NCBI GenBank assembly: GCA_052039025.1
Contig: JBQGDK010000174.1
Location: 1-42,582 of the forward strand
Source of the DNA: Actinomycetota bacterium
GTDB lineage: Bacteria > Actinomycetota > UBA4738 > CALAEC01
DNA length: 42,582 bases
Reading direction: 5' to 3'
Positions 26,613-35,189 of this stretch are shown here, in pieces. Under the pieces are notes generated by a model. That model did no database searches. It was not told where the DNA came from and was given only the letters and a program-made list of their open reading frames with translations. The translations under genes were made by a program, and so were the position numbers. Within the stretch, counting starts at the first letter, position 1; every line of letters starts with the position of its first letter.

Positions 26613-27916
26613 GGCGCCCCGCCATCTCGCCGCCGGGCCGGGACCTGACCGCGCCGCCGGGCCCCCGGGAAGCTCGCCACGCCGAGCGCCGTGAACAGCA
26701 CCGCCGAGCCCACCAGCCAGGGCTGAACCGTGATCAGCCCGCCGAGCGCGGCCACCATGAGCGCCGCCACCAGCGGCCCGCCCTCGGACAGCATCGCGTA
26801 CACCGAGGTGACCTTCCCGGGGTGGACGGCCACCCGCTGGATCAGCGCCTGGCTCGGCGAGGAGAAGAACGTGAACCCCGCCCCGAACAGGAACGCCCCC
26901 ACCAGGGAGATCGCGGCCGAGGACGTCCCGATGTACAGGAAGTACCCGACCCCCCCGCCGGTGAGCCCGACGGCCATCAGGAGGTGCTCCCGCCCCGCGC
27001 CGTGCTTCAGCCCCACCAGAGCCAGGGACCCCAGGGCCGCCCCCGCCCCGGTCAGCGAGAACGCCACGCCCAGGAAGTCCTGGCCCCGCTCGAGGATCTC
27101 CCGGATGTACAGCGTCTCGAGCGTGATCACCATCCCCAGGAGGAGGTACGCGATCACGGCTCGGACGATCACCGACCGGATCGCCGGGGTCCGCAGCCCC
27201 TCCCGGAACCCGGCAGCGAGATCGCCCAGGAGCCGCTCCCACTCCTCGGGGCGGCGCTTCCGGCGGTCGGGGATCATCGCGTACAGCGGGAGCGACAGCG
27301 CCACGGCCAGCATCGCCAGGTAGTACGGGCCGTCGGAGCCGAGGGCCCGTACGGCCAGGGCCGCCAGCGCCGGGCCGATCACCAGGGGGACCTGCCAGGC
27401 CACGCCCATCATCCCGTTCGCCTGCACGAGCCGGCGCTCCTCGACCAGCAGCGGCACCAGCGCGCCCCGGGCCGGCCACACCACGGCCTCGGCCAGGCCG
27501 AACAGCGCGGTGGCCGCGTACAGCCCCGGGAGCGAGGGGGCTCGGGAGGCCAGGAACAGGAACACGAACGCCCCGGTGTGCGCCAGCAGGATCAGCCGCT
27601 TCGGGCTCCACCGGTCGGCCACCAGCCCCATGACCGGCGAGGCGGCCACGAACGTGATCGAGTACGAGGAGATCAGGATCCCCAGCTGGGTCGGGGTGGC
27701 GTCGAACCGGAACACGGCCTCGCCCTCCGAGGCCACGAAGAACGCCCACAGCCCCACGTTCGCCAACATCTCCCCGAGCACGAGCCACAGGAACGGGCGG
27801 ATCGCCAGGAGCCTGGGCGGGTGGCCGGAGTCGGGGTGCGGCCGGGGGACCTCGAGGAGCATCTCCTCGGGGAGCGCGTGTTCCTCCTCGCTTCGATCCC
27901 GGTTGGAGCCCGTCAC
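26609..27916 (-). CDS. MFS transporter inside the dnaE2-dinB operon
   Basis: About 12 hydrophobic segments and an MFS loop motif GLVADRWSPKRLIL. GTG 27916 forms a GTGA overlap with the dnaE2 stop (an adjacent GTG at 27919 is equally possible). Confidence 0.85.
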   Translation of the reverse strand: MTGSNRDRSEEEHALPEEMLLEVPRPHPDSGHPPRLLAIRPFLWLVLGEMLANVGLWAFFVASEGEAVFRFDATPTQLGILISSYSITFVAASPVMGLVADRWSPKRLILLAHTGAFVFLFLASRAPSLPGLYAATALFGLAEAVVWPARGALVPLLVEERRLVQANGMMGVAWQVPLVIGPALAALAVRALGSDGPYYLAMLAVALSLPLYAMIPDRRKRRPEEWERLLGDLAAGFREGLRTPAIRSVIVRAVIAYLLLGMVITLETLYIREILERGQDFLGVAFSLTGAGAALGSLALVGLKHGAGREHLLMAVGLTGGGVGYFLYIGTSSAAISLVGAFLFGAGFTFFSSPSQALIQRVAVHPGKVTSVYAMLSEGGPLVAALMVAALGGLITVQPWLVGSAVLFTALGVASFPGARRRGQVPARRRDGGAP

Positions 27917-30900
27917 CACCCCGCCGATCCCCCGCTGGCGTGCCAGAGCTTGCGCGGTGACCGCTCCGCCGATCCATCGGCGGCCGCCATGCTCCGGGCC
28001 AGCCTACCCTCGCGGAGGGCCCGGCTCAGGGCCACCAGGTCCCACACCTCCTCGGCGGCCACGCTGACGCCGCCGATGCCGGTCCGGCGCAGCCGCCCCC
28101 ACACCGCCAGAAGGAAGCCGTGGAAGACCGTGCGCGCGCACCGCTCCTGGACCCGCTCGAACACCGTGACCTCGATCGGCCCGGTGGCGTCGTCGAGGGT
28201 GAGGAAGATGATCCGCTGCCCGCTGCGGACCGCGGGCGTCTGCGAGGCCACCTTCACCCCGGCGACCATGACCATCTCATCGCCGCGTCGGCGCCGGAGG
28301 TCCCTCGACCGGACCGCCCCGATCGCCTCGAGCACCGGCTCGTAGAACGTCAGCAGGTGGCGCGACACGTCCATGCCGGTGATCTCGAGCTCGGCCCGGA
28401 CCCGCTCGGCGTCGGTGTACTCGCGGAGGCCCGGCGGGCGGTCGTCGCCACCCCACGGCATGGCCAGCTGCTCGCCCCTCCGCTGGGGATCGGCGGTCAT
28501 GGCCACGTACAGCCGATCGCGCCGGGTGGCCCGAACCGCACCGTCGAGCCCGTCGAACGCGCCGGCGTGAGCCATGGCCTCGATCACGGGGCGCGACACC
28601 TCCGTCCGGCGCATGAGATCGACCACCGAGGCGAACGGCTGCTCGGCTCGGGCCGCCAGGATCGAGCCGATCTCCTCGTCGGAGATCCCGTGCACGTCCT
28701 GCAGCCCGATCCTGATCCCGAACCTCTGTGGAGCGGGTCGGCCGTCCTCTTCGTCGGTCGCGGAAGCGGCCGGCGGGGCCGGGCAGGCTGCTCGGACTTC
28801 GTTCGTGTCTCCGGCCGGTGAGTCGCCCCCGGCCGAGCCAACGAACCAGGGGGCCATGTTTCCGGCGCCTCGACGGCGCCCGCCCCGGCCCTCGACGACC
28901 TCCTCCACGGTGTAGGTCTTCTCGCTGTGATTCGCGTCGAGGGGGAGGATCGGGATGCCGTGCTGGCGGGCATCCTCGAGGATCAGCCGACGCGGGTACA
29001 TCCCGGGCTCGTGGGTGAGCACGCCGGCCAGGAACGCCGCGGTGTGGTGGGCCTTCAGCCACGCCGACTGGTAGGTGGGCACGGCGAACGCCGCGGCGTG
29101 AGCCTTGCAGAACCCGAACGATGCGAACGAGGCCAGCTCGCGCCACACGGTCTCGGCGTCCTCGGAGCCGAGGCCGGCGGCCGTGGCCCGGAACAGGAAG
29201 CCGCGGCGGAGGTCAGAGGTCTCGACCTCGTCGTCGAGGTGGCGGCGGATCCGGTCGGCCTCTGCCAGCGAGCACCCCGAGGCGGCCAGTACCCGCATCA
29301 CCTGCTCGTGGTACACGATCACGCCGTGCGTCTCCCGGAGGATCGGCCGGAGCATCGGGTGCGCGTACCGGGGCCGCTCCCACCGGTGCCGTCGGTTCAG
29401 GAACGGCGTGACCATGTCGGACTTCACCGGCCCCGGACGGAACAGCGAGATGTCGACGATGAGGTCCTCGAACCGGGTCGGCTGGAACTTCTGGAGCAGC
29501 TCTCGCTGGCCCGGTGACTCGATCTGGAAGCACCCGATCGTCCGCGACTCCCGGATCAGCTCGAACGTCGCGCCGTCATCGGTCGGGATCCGGTCGAGGT
29601 CGACCCGCTCGCCGGTGGTCCGCTCGATCTCGCCGAGCGCGTGGCGCATCGCCGACAGCATCCGCACCCCGAGCACGTCGAGCTTCAGGAGGCCGAGCCG
29701 CTCGACGTCGTCCTTGTCGGCCTGGACCATCCGGTGGCCGACGAACGAGCGCTCCATCGGCGCCCGGTCCGGGAGGTCGTCGCCCGACAGCACGATGCCC
29801 GACGGATGGAGGGCCAGGTGCCGCGGGAACCCGTTGAGCCGCTCGGCCACCCGGAACAGCGCCTCGAGCTGGCCCGCGCCGAGGTTCGACCCGCGAAGCT
29901 CCGGGAGCGTCTCCAGGGCGTCGCGGATCCGGTGCGCCCCCACGTGGGGGAACGCCTTCGCCACCCGGTCGATCTCGTCGTCGGGATACCCGAGGGCCTT
30001 CCCGACCTCCCGCACCGCGGCCCGGGCCCGGTACGTGTCGACCATCGTCACGCACGCGCACCGGTCCTCCCCGTACCGGCGGAGCACCATGTCGTAGACC
30101 TCCTCCCGGCGGGCCGACTCGACGTCGAGGTCGATGTCCGGAAGCTCGTCGCGGAGGGGGTTGATGAACCGCTCGAACAGGAGGCCGTGGTGGACCGGTT
30201 CGACCTCGGAGATCCCGGTCAGGTAGCACACCAGCGAGCCGGCCGCCGAGCCCCGGGCCGCGCACCGGATCCCCATGGCCCTCACCTCCCTGACGATGTC
30301 GGCCACCGTGAGGAAGTACGCGGAGTACCCCATGCGTCGGATGTCGTCGAGCTCCCGGTCCAGCCGCTCGACGACCTCGCGCCGCCGGCTCATCCCCCGC
30401 TCGTCGAGGCCCCGGTGGCACCGCTCGGCCAGGAGCGAGGTGGCGCTCCGCCCGGCCGGCGTGGGGAAGTCGGGGAAGTGCACGCTCCCCAGGTCGAGGT
30501 CGAAGCGGCAGGCCTCGGCGATCCGCACGGTGGCGTCGCACACTTCGGGGCGCTCGGCGAACAGCGCCCGCATCGCCGCCGCCGGCTTCAGCCACCCCTC
30601 GGCGTTCCTCCGGCTGACGTGGTGCTCGGCGATCGGCACGATCTCCCGCATGCACTCGAGGGCGTCGGCCACGAACGCGTCTTCCGGGACGAGGTAGCGC
30701 ACCGCGTTCGTTGCCACCGCCGGGACCTCGGCCTCCTCGGCCAGTCGCAGGAGCGCCCGGATCTCCGAGGCGCTCCCCGGCTCCACGTGGTTCCGCACCT
30801 CGACCACGCACCACTGGCCGAACGCCTCCCGCCACGGCCGGAGCAGCTCCCGTGCCGCGCCCGGCCGGCCCGACACCGCCAGCCGGCCCGGGGGCGACTC

Positions 30901-31323
30901 CGGCCCCAGGAGGCACGCCAGCCCGCCGGCCCGGGCCATCACCTCCGACGGCCGGAGCGACGGATCACCCCGCTGCCCGGACATGTGCGCGTGGGTGATC
31001 AGCCGACACAGGTTCGCGTACCCCGCCGCGTCCCTCGCCAGCAGGACCACGCGCGGGGCGGGCGCTCCGCGGAGGCGCTCCGCCTCGCCTGCTCGGTCGG
31101 CCCCGCCGCTCCCCAAGGTGAGGCGGGCGCCGAGGATCGGACGGACGCCGACCCGCTCGCAGGCGTCGACGAACCGGACAGCGCCGAGGAGCGTATCGGC
31201 GTCGGTCATGGCCACGGCCGGCATGCCCAGGGCGGCGGCCCGCTCGGCCAGCGCCTCGGGAAGGTACGCCCCGTCCTTCAGCGAGAACGCCGACCGGCAG
31301 TGCAGATGGACGAACCCTGGCAT
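27913..31323 (-). CDS. dnaE2: Error-prone DNA polymerase III alpha-type subunit DnaE2
   Basis: 1136 aa. PHP domain (VHLHCRSAFSLKDGA...AMTDADTLLGAV), pol III alpha core (FQIESPGQRELL, ISLFRPGP), and an ending right after the OB fold. No tau-binding tail. A LexA box lies upstream. Confidence 0.9.
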   Translation of the reverse strand: MPGFVHLHCRSAFSLKDGAYLPEALAERAAALGMPAVAMTDADTLLGAVRFVDACERVGVRPILGARLTLGSGGADRAGEAERLRGAPAPRVVLLARDAAGYANLCRLITHAHMSGQRGDPSLRPSEVMARAGGLACLLGPESPPGRLAVSGRPGAARELLRPWREAFGQWCVVEVRNHVEPGSASEIRALLRLAEEAEVPAVATNAVRYLVPEDAFVADALECMREIVPIAEHHVSRRNAEGWLKPAAAMRALFAERPEVCDATVRIAEACRFDLDLGSVHFPDFPTPAGRSATSLLAERCHRGLDERGMSRRREVVERLDRELDDIRRMGYSAYFLTVADIVREVRAMGIRCAARGSAAGSLVCYLTGISEVEPVHHGLLFERFINPLRDELPDIDLDVESARREEVYDMVLRRYGEDRCACVTMVDTYRARAAVREVGKALGYPDDEIDRVAKAFPHVGAHRIRDALETLPELRGSNLGAGQLEALFRVAERLNGFPRHLALHPSGIVLSGDDLPDRAPMERSFVGHRMVQADKDDVERLGLLKLDVLGVRMLSAMRHALGEIERTTGERVDLDRIPTDDGATFELIRESRTIGCFQIESPGQRELLQKFQPTRFEDLIVDISLFRPGPVKSDMVTPFLNRRHRWERPRYAHPMLRPILRETHGVIVYHEQVMRVLAASGCSLAEADRIRRHLDDEVETSDLRRGFLFRATAAGLGSEDAETVWRELASFASFGFCKAHAAAFAVPTYQSAWLKAHHTAAFLAGVLTHEPGMYPRRLILEDARQHGIPILPLDANHSEKTYTVEEVVEGRGGRRRGAGNMAPWFVGSAGGDSPAGDTNEVRAACPAPPAASATDEEDGRPAPQRFGIRIGLQDVHGISDEEIGSILAARAEQPFASVVDLMRRTEVSRPVIEAMAHAGAFDGLDGAVRATRRDRLYVAMTADPQRRGEQLAMPWGGDDRPPGLREYTDAERVRAELEITGMDVSRHLLTFYEPVLEAIGAVRSRDLRRRRGDEMVMVAGVKVASQTPAVRSGQRIIFLTLDDATGPIEVTVFERVQERCARTVFHGFLLAVWGRLRRTGIGGVSVAAEEVWDLVALSRALREGRLARSMAAADGSAERSPRKLWHASGGSAGW

Positions 31324-31341
31324 GGCCCTCCCGCAGGGAAC

Positions 31342-31387
31342 CGAACGTACGTTCGATAGCCTAGGCGCCGGCCCACTGCGGCGTCAA
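31342..31387 (-). promoter_or_regulatory. SOS promoter of dnaE2 (LexA box plus -35/-10)
   Basis: On the gene strand: TTGACG (31387-31382), 18 nt, TAGGCT (31363-31358), then the palindrome CGAACGTACGTTCG (31342-31355). This matches the Gram-positive/actinobacterial LexA consensus GAAC-N4-GTTC and ends 19 nt before the ATG. Confidence 0.75.
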
Positions 31388-31394
31388 GGGAAGG

Positions 31395-32402
31395 TCATGC
31401 TTCGCAGCTAACCATGGTCTCCCCGGCGACACATCGGTCCGTCCCCTCGCCTCCATCGAGTGTGTCCGTGCCGTCGTGGCCGTCGAGGGTATCGTCTCCT
31501 TCTCGCCCGAAGATCACGTCGTCACCGAGGGACCCCCCGAGCCGGTTGGCCTCACCGCTCCCGGCAAGCGTGTCCGCCTGCTCGGTGCCGAAGGCACCTT
31601 CGATCCCCAGCAGCGCGTAGGTGTCCGGGCCGTGGGCCGCCCGTCCGGCACCGAGATCCACCTCGGCTCCGACGTCCGGGATACCGGGAAACCCCATCTC
31701 GTCGTATCCGCGCCCACCGCTAAGCCGGTCATGGCCGCCCATCCCGTTGAGGAAGTCGTTGCCGCCAAGGCCCTCGATAAGATCCCGAACGCTCCCGCCG
31801 AACAGCGAGTTGCGCTTGGCGTTGCCGATGAGCACGTTCCGATGCGCGTTGGACCCGTCGAGGTTCCGGATGCGGACCAACACGTCCCGGCCCACGCCCG
31901 TGGCCGCGCCGATCCTCAGATCCGCGCGCACCGGGCCGCCGCTCAGCGAGAAATCGGCCCAGTCGTAGCCGCCCCCTCCATCGAGGCGGTCGTTGCCAGC
32001 ATCACCGGTCAGGCTGTCGGCGTCGCGCCCCCCGTCGAGGCGGTCCGGGCCGGCGCCGCCGTAGAGGTAGTCGGAGTCGTTGCCGCCCCACAGGACGTCC
32101 GCCCCCTGCCGGCCCAGGATCGTGTCCAGGTCGGCTCCCCCCTTGATTTGATCATCGCCCGGCCCGCCGTTGATGATCTCCGAGTCGATCCCCGGTCCGA
32201 AGCCCCCGGGTCCACCGCAGATCAGGTCGTCCCCTCCCAGACCGGAGATCACATCCGTGCCTCCGAGGCCGACGATGACGTCAGGGCCGTTCGTTCCCTC
32301 CAGCCCCTCATCCCCAGGCGTACCGACGATGGTGGCCTGGGCACCGAGACAGCGGGGCCGCGCCGCCGATGCCGGCGGCATCGCCAGCAGCATCACCGTC
32401 AC
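31395..32402 (-). CDS. Secreted RTX-type (hemolysin-type) calcium-binding repeat protein
   Basis: Many GGxGxD nonapeptide repeats (GLGGTDVISGLGGDDLICGG, GGAGPDRLDGGRDADSLTGDAGNDRLDGGGG, GREGDDTLDGHDGTDTLDGGEGTD). Start ambiguous among CTG 32429, GTG 32402/32396 and ATG 32393. Confidence 0.75.
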   Translation of the reverse strand: MTVMLLAMPPASAARPRCLGAQATIVGTPGDEGLEGTNGPDVIVGLGGTDVISGLGGDDLICGGPGGFGPGIDSEIINGGPGDDQIKGGADLDTILGRQGADVLWGGNDSDYLYGGAGPDRLDGGRDADSLTGDAGNDRLDGGGGYDWADFSLSGGPVRADLRIGAATGVGRDVLVRIRNLDGSNAHRNVLIGNAKRNSLFGGSVRDLIEGLGGNDFLNGMGGHDRLSGGRGYDEMGFPGIPDVGAEVDLGAGRAAHGPDTYALLGIEGAFGTEQADTLAGSGEANRLGGSLGDDVIFGREGDDTLDGHDGTDTLDGGEGTDRCVAGETMVSCEA

Positions 32403-32425
32403 CGCCGAGCCGAGGACCGCCCCCC

Positions 32426-33070
32426 TCAGGTGCCCTCCAGGCAGCCGGCCACCTCGACGGGGAGCCCGGGGAACCCGAACACCTTCTCCCGGGTCTCGGG
32501 GTCCAGCCCCGTCACGAAGTCGTAGGGCTCGCCGGCCCACTCCCCCGGCAGGCCCGGATGCGCCCGGGGCTCGGACCCCTCGACAAGCTGGAACCCCACC
32601 CAGTCCGGGGATCGGATCCCTCTCGTGTCGAAGGGCGCCACCGCCACCACACCGCCCCCGAACGAGCGCTTCTCGATGAGGAACCGGCCGGCGAACGACT
32701 CGTCCCCCCGGACCGTTCCCTTCACGTACCACCGGCGCACGTTGAGCAGGTACTCCCGCTCCGACGGCGGCGACTCCGGTCCCTCGAAGTACCGGATGTC
32801 GACGACCTCGAACCGCCCCGGCGAGACCGCGGTGGCCCTGCCCAGCAACCGCAGTGCCTCGGCCAGGGCGGGATCCTCCGGTGCCAGGTCCGTGAACCCG
32901 TTGACGCAGTCACCGGTCAGCTCACGGCCCGGGAGCGGGGGCGGCGTGCCTTCCTGGGGAGGCTCCGACACGGCCAGCGGCGGGGTGGCCTGCGGGGACG
33001 GCTCGTCGGCCGTGCACGCGGCCGACGCGAGCGCCGCCGCGACGAGCATGGGAAGCAGTCGAAAGAGCAC
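32426..33070 (-). CDS. Hypothetical secreted protein / probable lipoprotein
   Basis: 214 aa with signal-like MLFRLLPMLVAAALASAAC followed by a Pro-rich linker. I recognise no domain. Confidence 0.6.
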   Translation of the reverse strand: MLFRLLPMLVAAALASAACTADEPSPQATPPLAVSEPPQEGTPPPLPGRELTGDCVNGFTDLAPEDPALAEALRLLGRATAVSPGRFEVVDIRYFEGPESPPSEREYLLNVRRWYVKGTVRGDESFAGRFLIEKRSFGGGVVAVAPFDTRGIRSPDWVGFQLVEGSEPRAHPGLPGEWAGEPYDFVTGLDPETREKVFGFPGLPVEVAGCLEGT

Positions 33071-33094
33071 CGGCTCCCGTAGGATAAGCCACCG

Positions 33095-34483
33095 ATGCCG
33101 GGCCTCCCCATCGATCGGCGCGAGTTCCTGTCGCTGTCCGCCAAGGCCGCCACGGGCCTCTTGGCGGCCTCATGCACGCCCAGCGGTGGCGCCGTGACCC
33201 GGCCCCGCCAGCGCCAGGGCATGACGCCGGAGGACATCGACACGCGATGGCCGATCAAGCGCGTCGTCTACCTGATGCTGGAGAACCGCTCGTTCGACAA
33301 CCTGTTCGGACGGTTCCCGGGGGCGAACGGCACGGAGGTCGGGGTGTCGTTCGGACGGGAGGTGCCGATGATCGAATGTCCCGACTGGCTCCCCGGCGAC
33401 CTGCCCCACGACCACGCGGCAGCGCTCAAGAACTTCGCCGGCGGGTCGATGGACGGCTTCGCCATCGGGGCGTTCGGACCGATCTACGGCTACTCGCAGT
33501 TCTCCGAGCGGGACATCCCCAACTACTACCACTGGGCCCGCGAGTTCGTGCTGTGCGACAACTTCTTCGCGTCCCAGCGGGGCCCCTCCTATCCGAACCA
33601 TCTGTACTGGGTGTCCGGCTCCGGCGGAGGCGCGCTCGACAATCCAGAGAACATCCGGGTCCTCCGCGAGGGCGACCGGCAGTACAAGTCGTGGGGCTGC
33701 GACGCCTGGGGCGACGACGTGTACGTCCTTGTCCAGGGCGAGGATGGGCTCGTCACGAAGCACGACCTCTGCTTCAACATGCGCACGGTCGGCGAACAGC
33801 TCAGCGAGCTGGGCATCGACTGGGCCTCGTACGCCGCGTCGCCGCACCAGCCCGGTTACATCTGGCAGGCCTACTCCGCATTCGAGAACGTGTACGGCAC
33901 CGACCTGTGGGACAAGCACGTCCTCGACGCACCGGTGGACCGGATCCTCGAGGACATCGAGGCCAACCGCTTCCCCTCCGTGTCGTGGATCACTCCCCGG
34001 TTCCAGCTCTCGGACCACCCCCCGTACTCGACCGGGCACGCCCACAACTGGGTCACCGACGTCGTCAACGGGATCATGCGCAGCGACATGTGGGACTCGG
34101 TGGCGATCTTCATCACCTGGGACGAGTGGGGCGGGTTCTACGACCACGTGGTCCCCCCGAAGCTGGACCACATCGACGTCGGGTTCCGCGTGCCCATGCT
34201 GGTGATCTCCCCCTACGCGCGGCGGGGCTTCATCGACCGCGACGTCTCCGACTTCGTGGGCCCGCTCCGGTTCATCGCCGACAACTGGGACCTGCCGTAC
34301 CTCACGGAGCGCTACGACACGGTCCACAACTTCGAGCACGTCTTCGACTTCGATCGGAAGCCCCGGCCGCCCGATCCCCGGCCGAAGCTGAAGGGCCTCA
34401 CCAAGGACCCCTGGGACTTCCCCGAGGACTTCCCGGAGTGGCCGGACTGGATCTCGCCCGCGCCTCCCGCGATCGCGTCCTGA
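33095..34483 (+). CDS. Tat-exported phosphoesterase family protein (phospholipase C / acid phosphatase AcpA family)
   Basis: Twin-arginine signal IDRREFLSLSAKAATGLLAASC, then VVYLMLENRSFDNLFG, PNHLYWVSG and ITWDEWGGFYDHVVPP. Confidence 0.85.
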   Translation: MPGLPIDRREFLSLSAKAATGLLAASCTPSGGAVTRPRQRQGMTPEDIDTRWPIKRVVYLMLENRSFDNLFGRFPGANGTEVGVSFGREVPMIECPDWLPGDLPHDHAAALKNFAGGSMDGFAIGAFGPIYGYSQFSERDIPNYYHWAREFVLCDNFFASQRGPSYPNHLYWVSGSGGGALDNPENIRVLREGDRQYKSWGCDAWGDDVYVLVQGEDGLVTKHDLCFNMRTVGEQLSELGIDWASYAASPHQPGYIWQAYSAFENVYGTDLWDKHVLDAPVDRILEDIEANRFPSVSWITPRFQLSDHPPYSTGHAHNWVTDVVNGIMRSDMWDSVAIFITWDEWGGFYDHVVPPKLDHIDVGFRVPMLVISPYARRGFIDRDVSDFVGPLRFIADNWDLPYLTERYDTVHNFEHVFDFDRKPRPPDPRPKLKGLTKDPWDFPEDFPEWPDWISPAPPAIAS

Positions 34484-34493
34484 TCGACCGGGG

Positions 34494-35189
34494 TCAGGCG
34501 TCCCCGGCCGGCGAGGTCCGGATCTCCTCGAGCGCGGCCGCGTACCGGACCCCGTAGCCCTCGCGCAGGGCGGCACCGCTCACCCCGGCCTCGGCCAGGG
34601 CCGAGGCCCACCGGCCCAGCGTCCACTCGGCCGGGTCCAGGACGAGCCGGAGCGTTGCCTCCACGGCCTCCTGGTAGCCGGTCGGATCGCCGGCCGAGGG
34701 CGGCGGCGCCACGTACACCGGCGTCCGGCAGCCGATCCGCTCCAGATCGCGGCGGTGATCCTGGGAGTGCACGATCACCCCGCGGGCCCGGCGCACGGCC
34801 TGCGCGGACCACGGCACGTCGGGGTCAAGGCCCGGGAGCCGCTCCGCCAGCCGCTCGGCCTCGCGGCGGCCGGCGAACCCGATCGGGTCGCGGGCCCGGG
34901 CCAGCACCTGGATCACCCGCTCCAGCGAGCGGTCCTCCAGCACCACGAGTCCGGGGTGCTCCATGGCGACCTGGTAGATCTCTCGCTCCTCGGGCGCGTT
35001 CGCCATGAAGTACACGGGCAGGTCCACGGTCGCCAGGGCCGCCTCGACGCTCTCCGGCACCGGCCACATCCCCCGGACGTGGTGCCGGCCCCGGAGCGAG
35101 CGTTTCAGCAGCCGCACCAGCGCCCGCGCGCTCCGCGCCAGCGGGGAGCGCGAGGGCGGGAGCGGCCCGAAGACGACGATCCTGGGCAT
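34494..35189 (-). CDS. Hypothetical protein resembling a stand-alone GT-B N-terminal half
   Basis: 231 aa: MPRIVVFGPLPP...ARGVIVHSQDHRRDLERIGCRTPVYVAPPP. Its ATG shares 1 nt with the upstream GT4 stop (TGATG). No E-x7-E nucleotide-sugar half is present. Confidence 0.55.
   Translation of the reverse strand: MPRIVVFGPLPPSRSPLARSARALVRLLKRSLRGRHHVRGMWPVPESVEAALATVDLPVYFMANAPEEREIYQVAMEHPGLVVLEDRSLERVIQVLARARDPIGFAGRREAERLAERLPGLDPDVPWSAQAVRRARGVIVHSQDHRRDLERIGCRTPVYVAPPPSAGDPTGYQEAVEATLRLVLDPAEWTLGRWASALAEAGVSGAALREGYGVRYAAALEEIRTSPAGDA

Noticed and set aside
33283-33295. GAAC-N5-GTTC inside the phosphoesterase coding sequence.
   Set aside because: The spacing is wrong (5 nt, not 4), it lies inside a gene, and it simply encodes ENRSFD.
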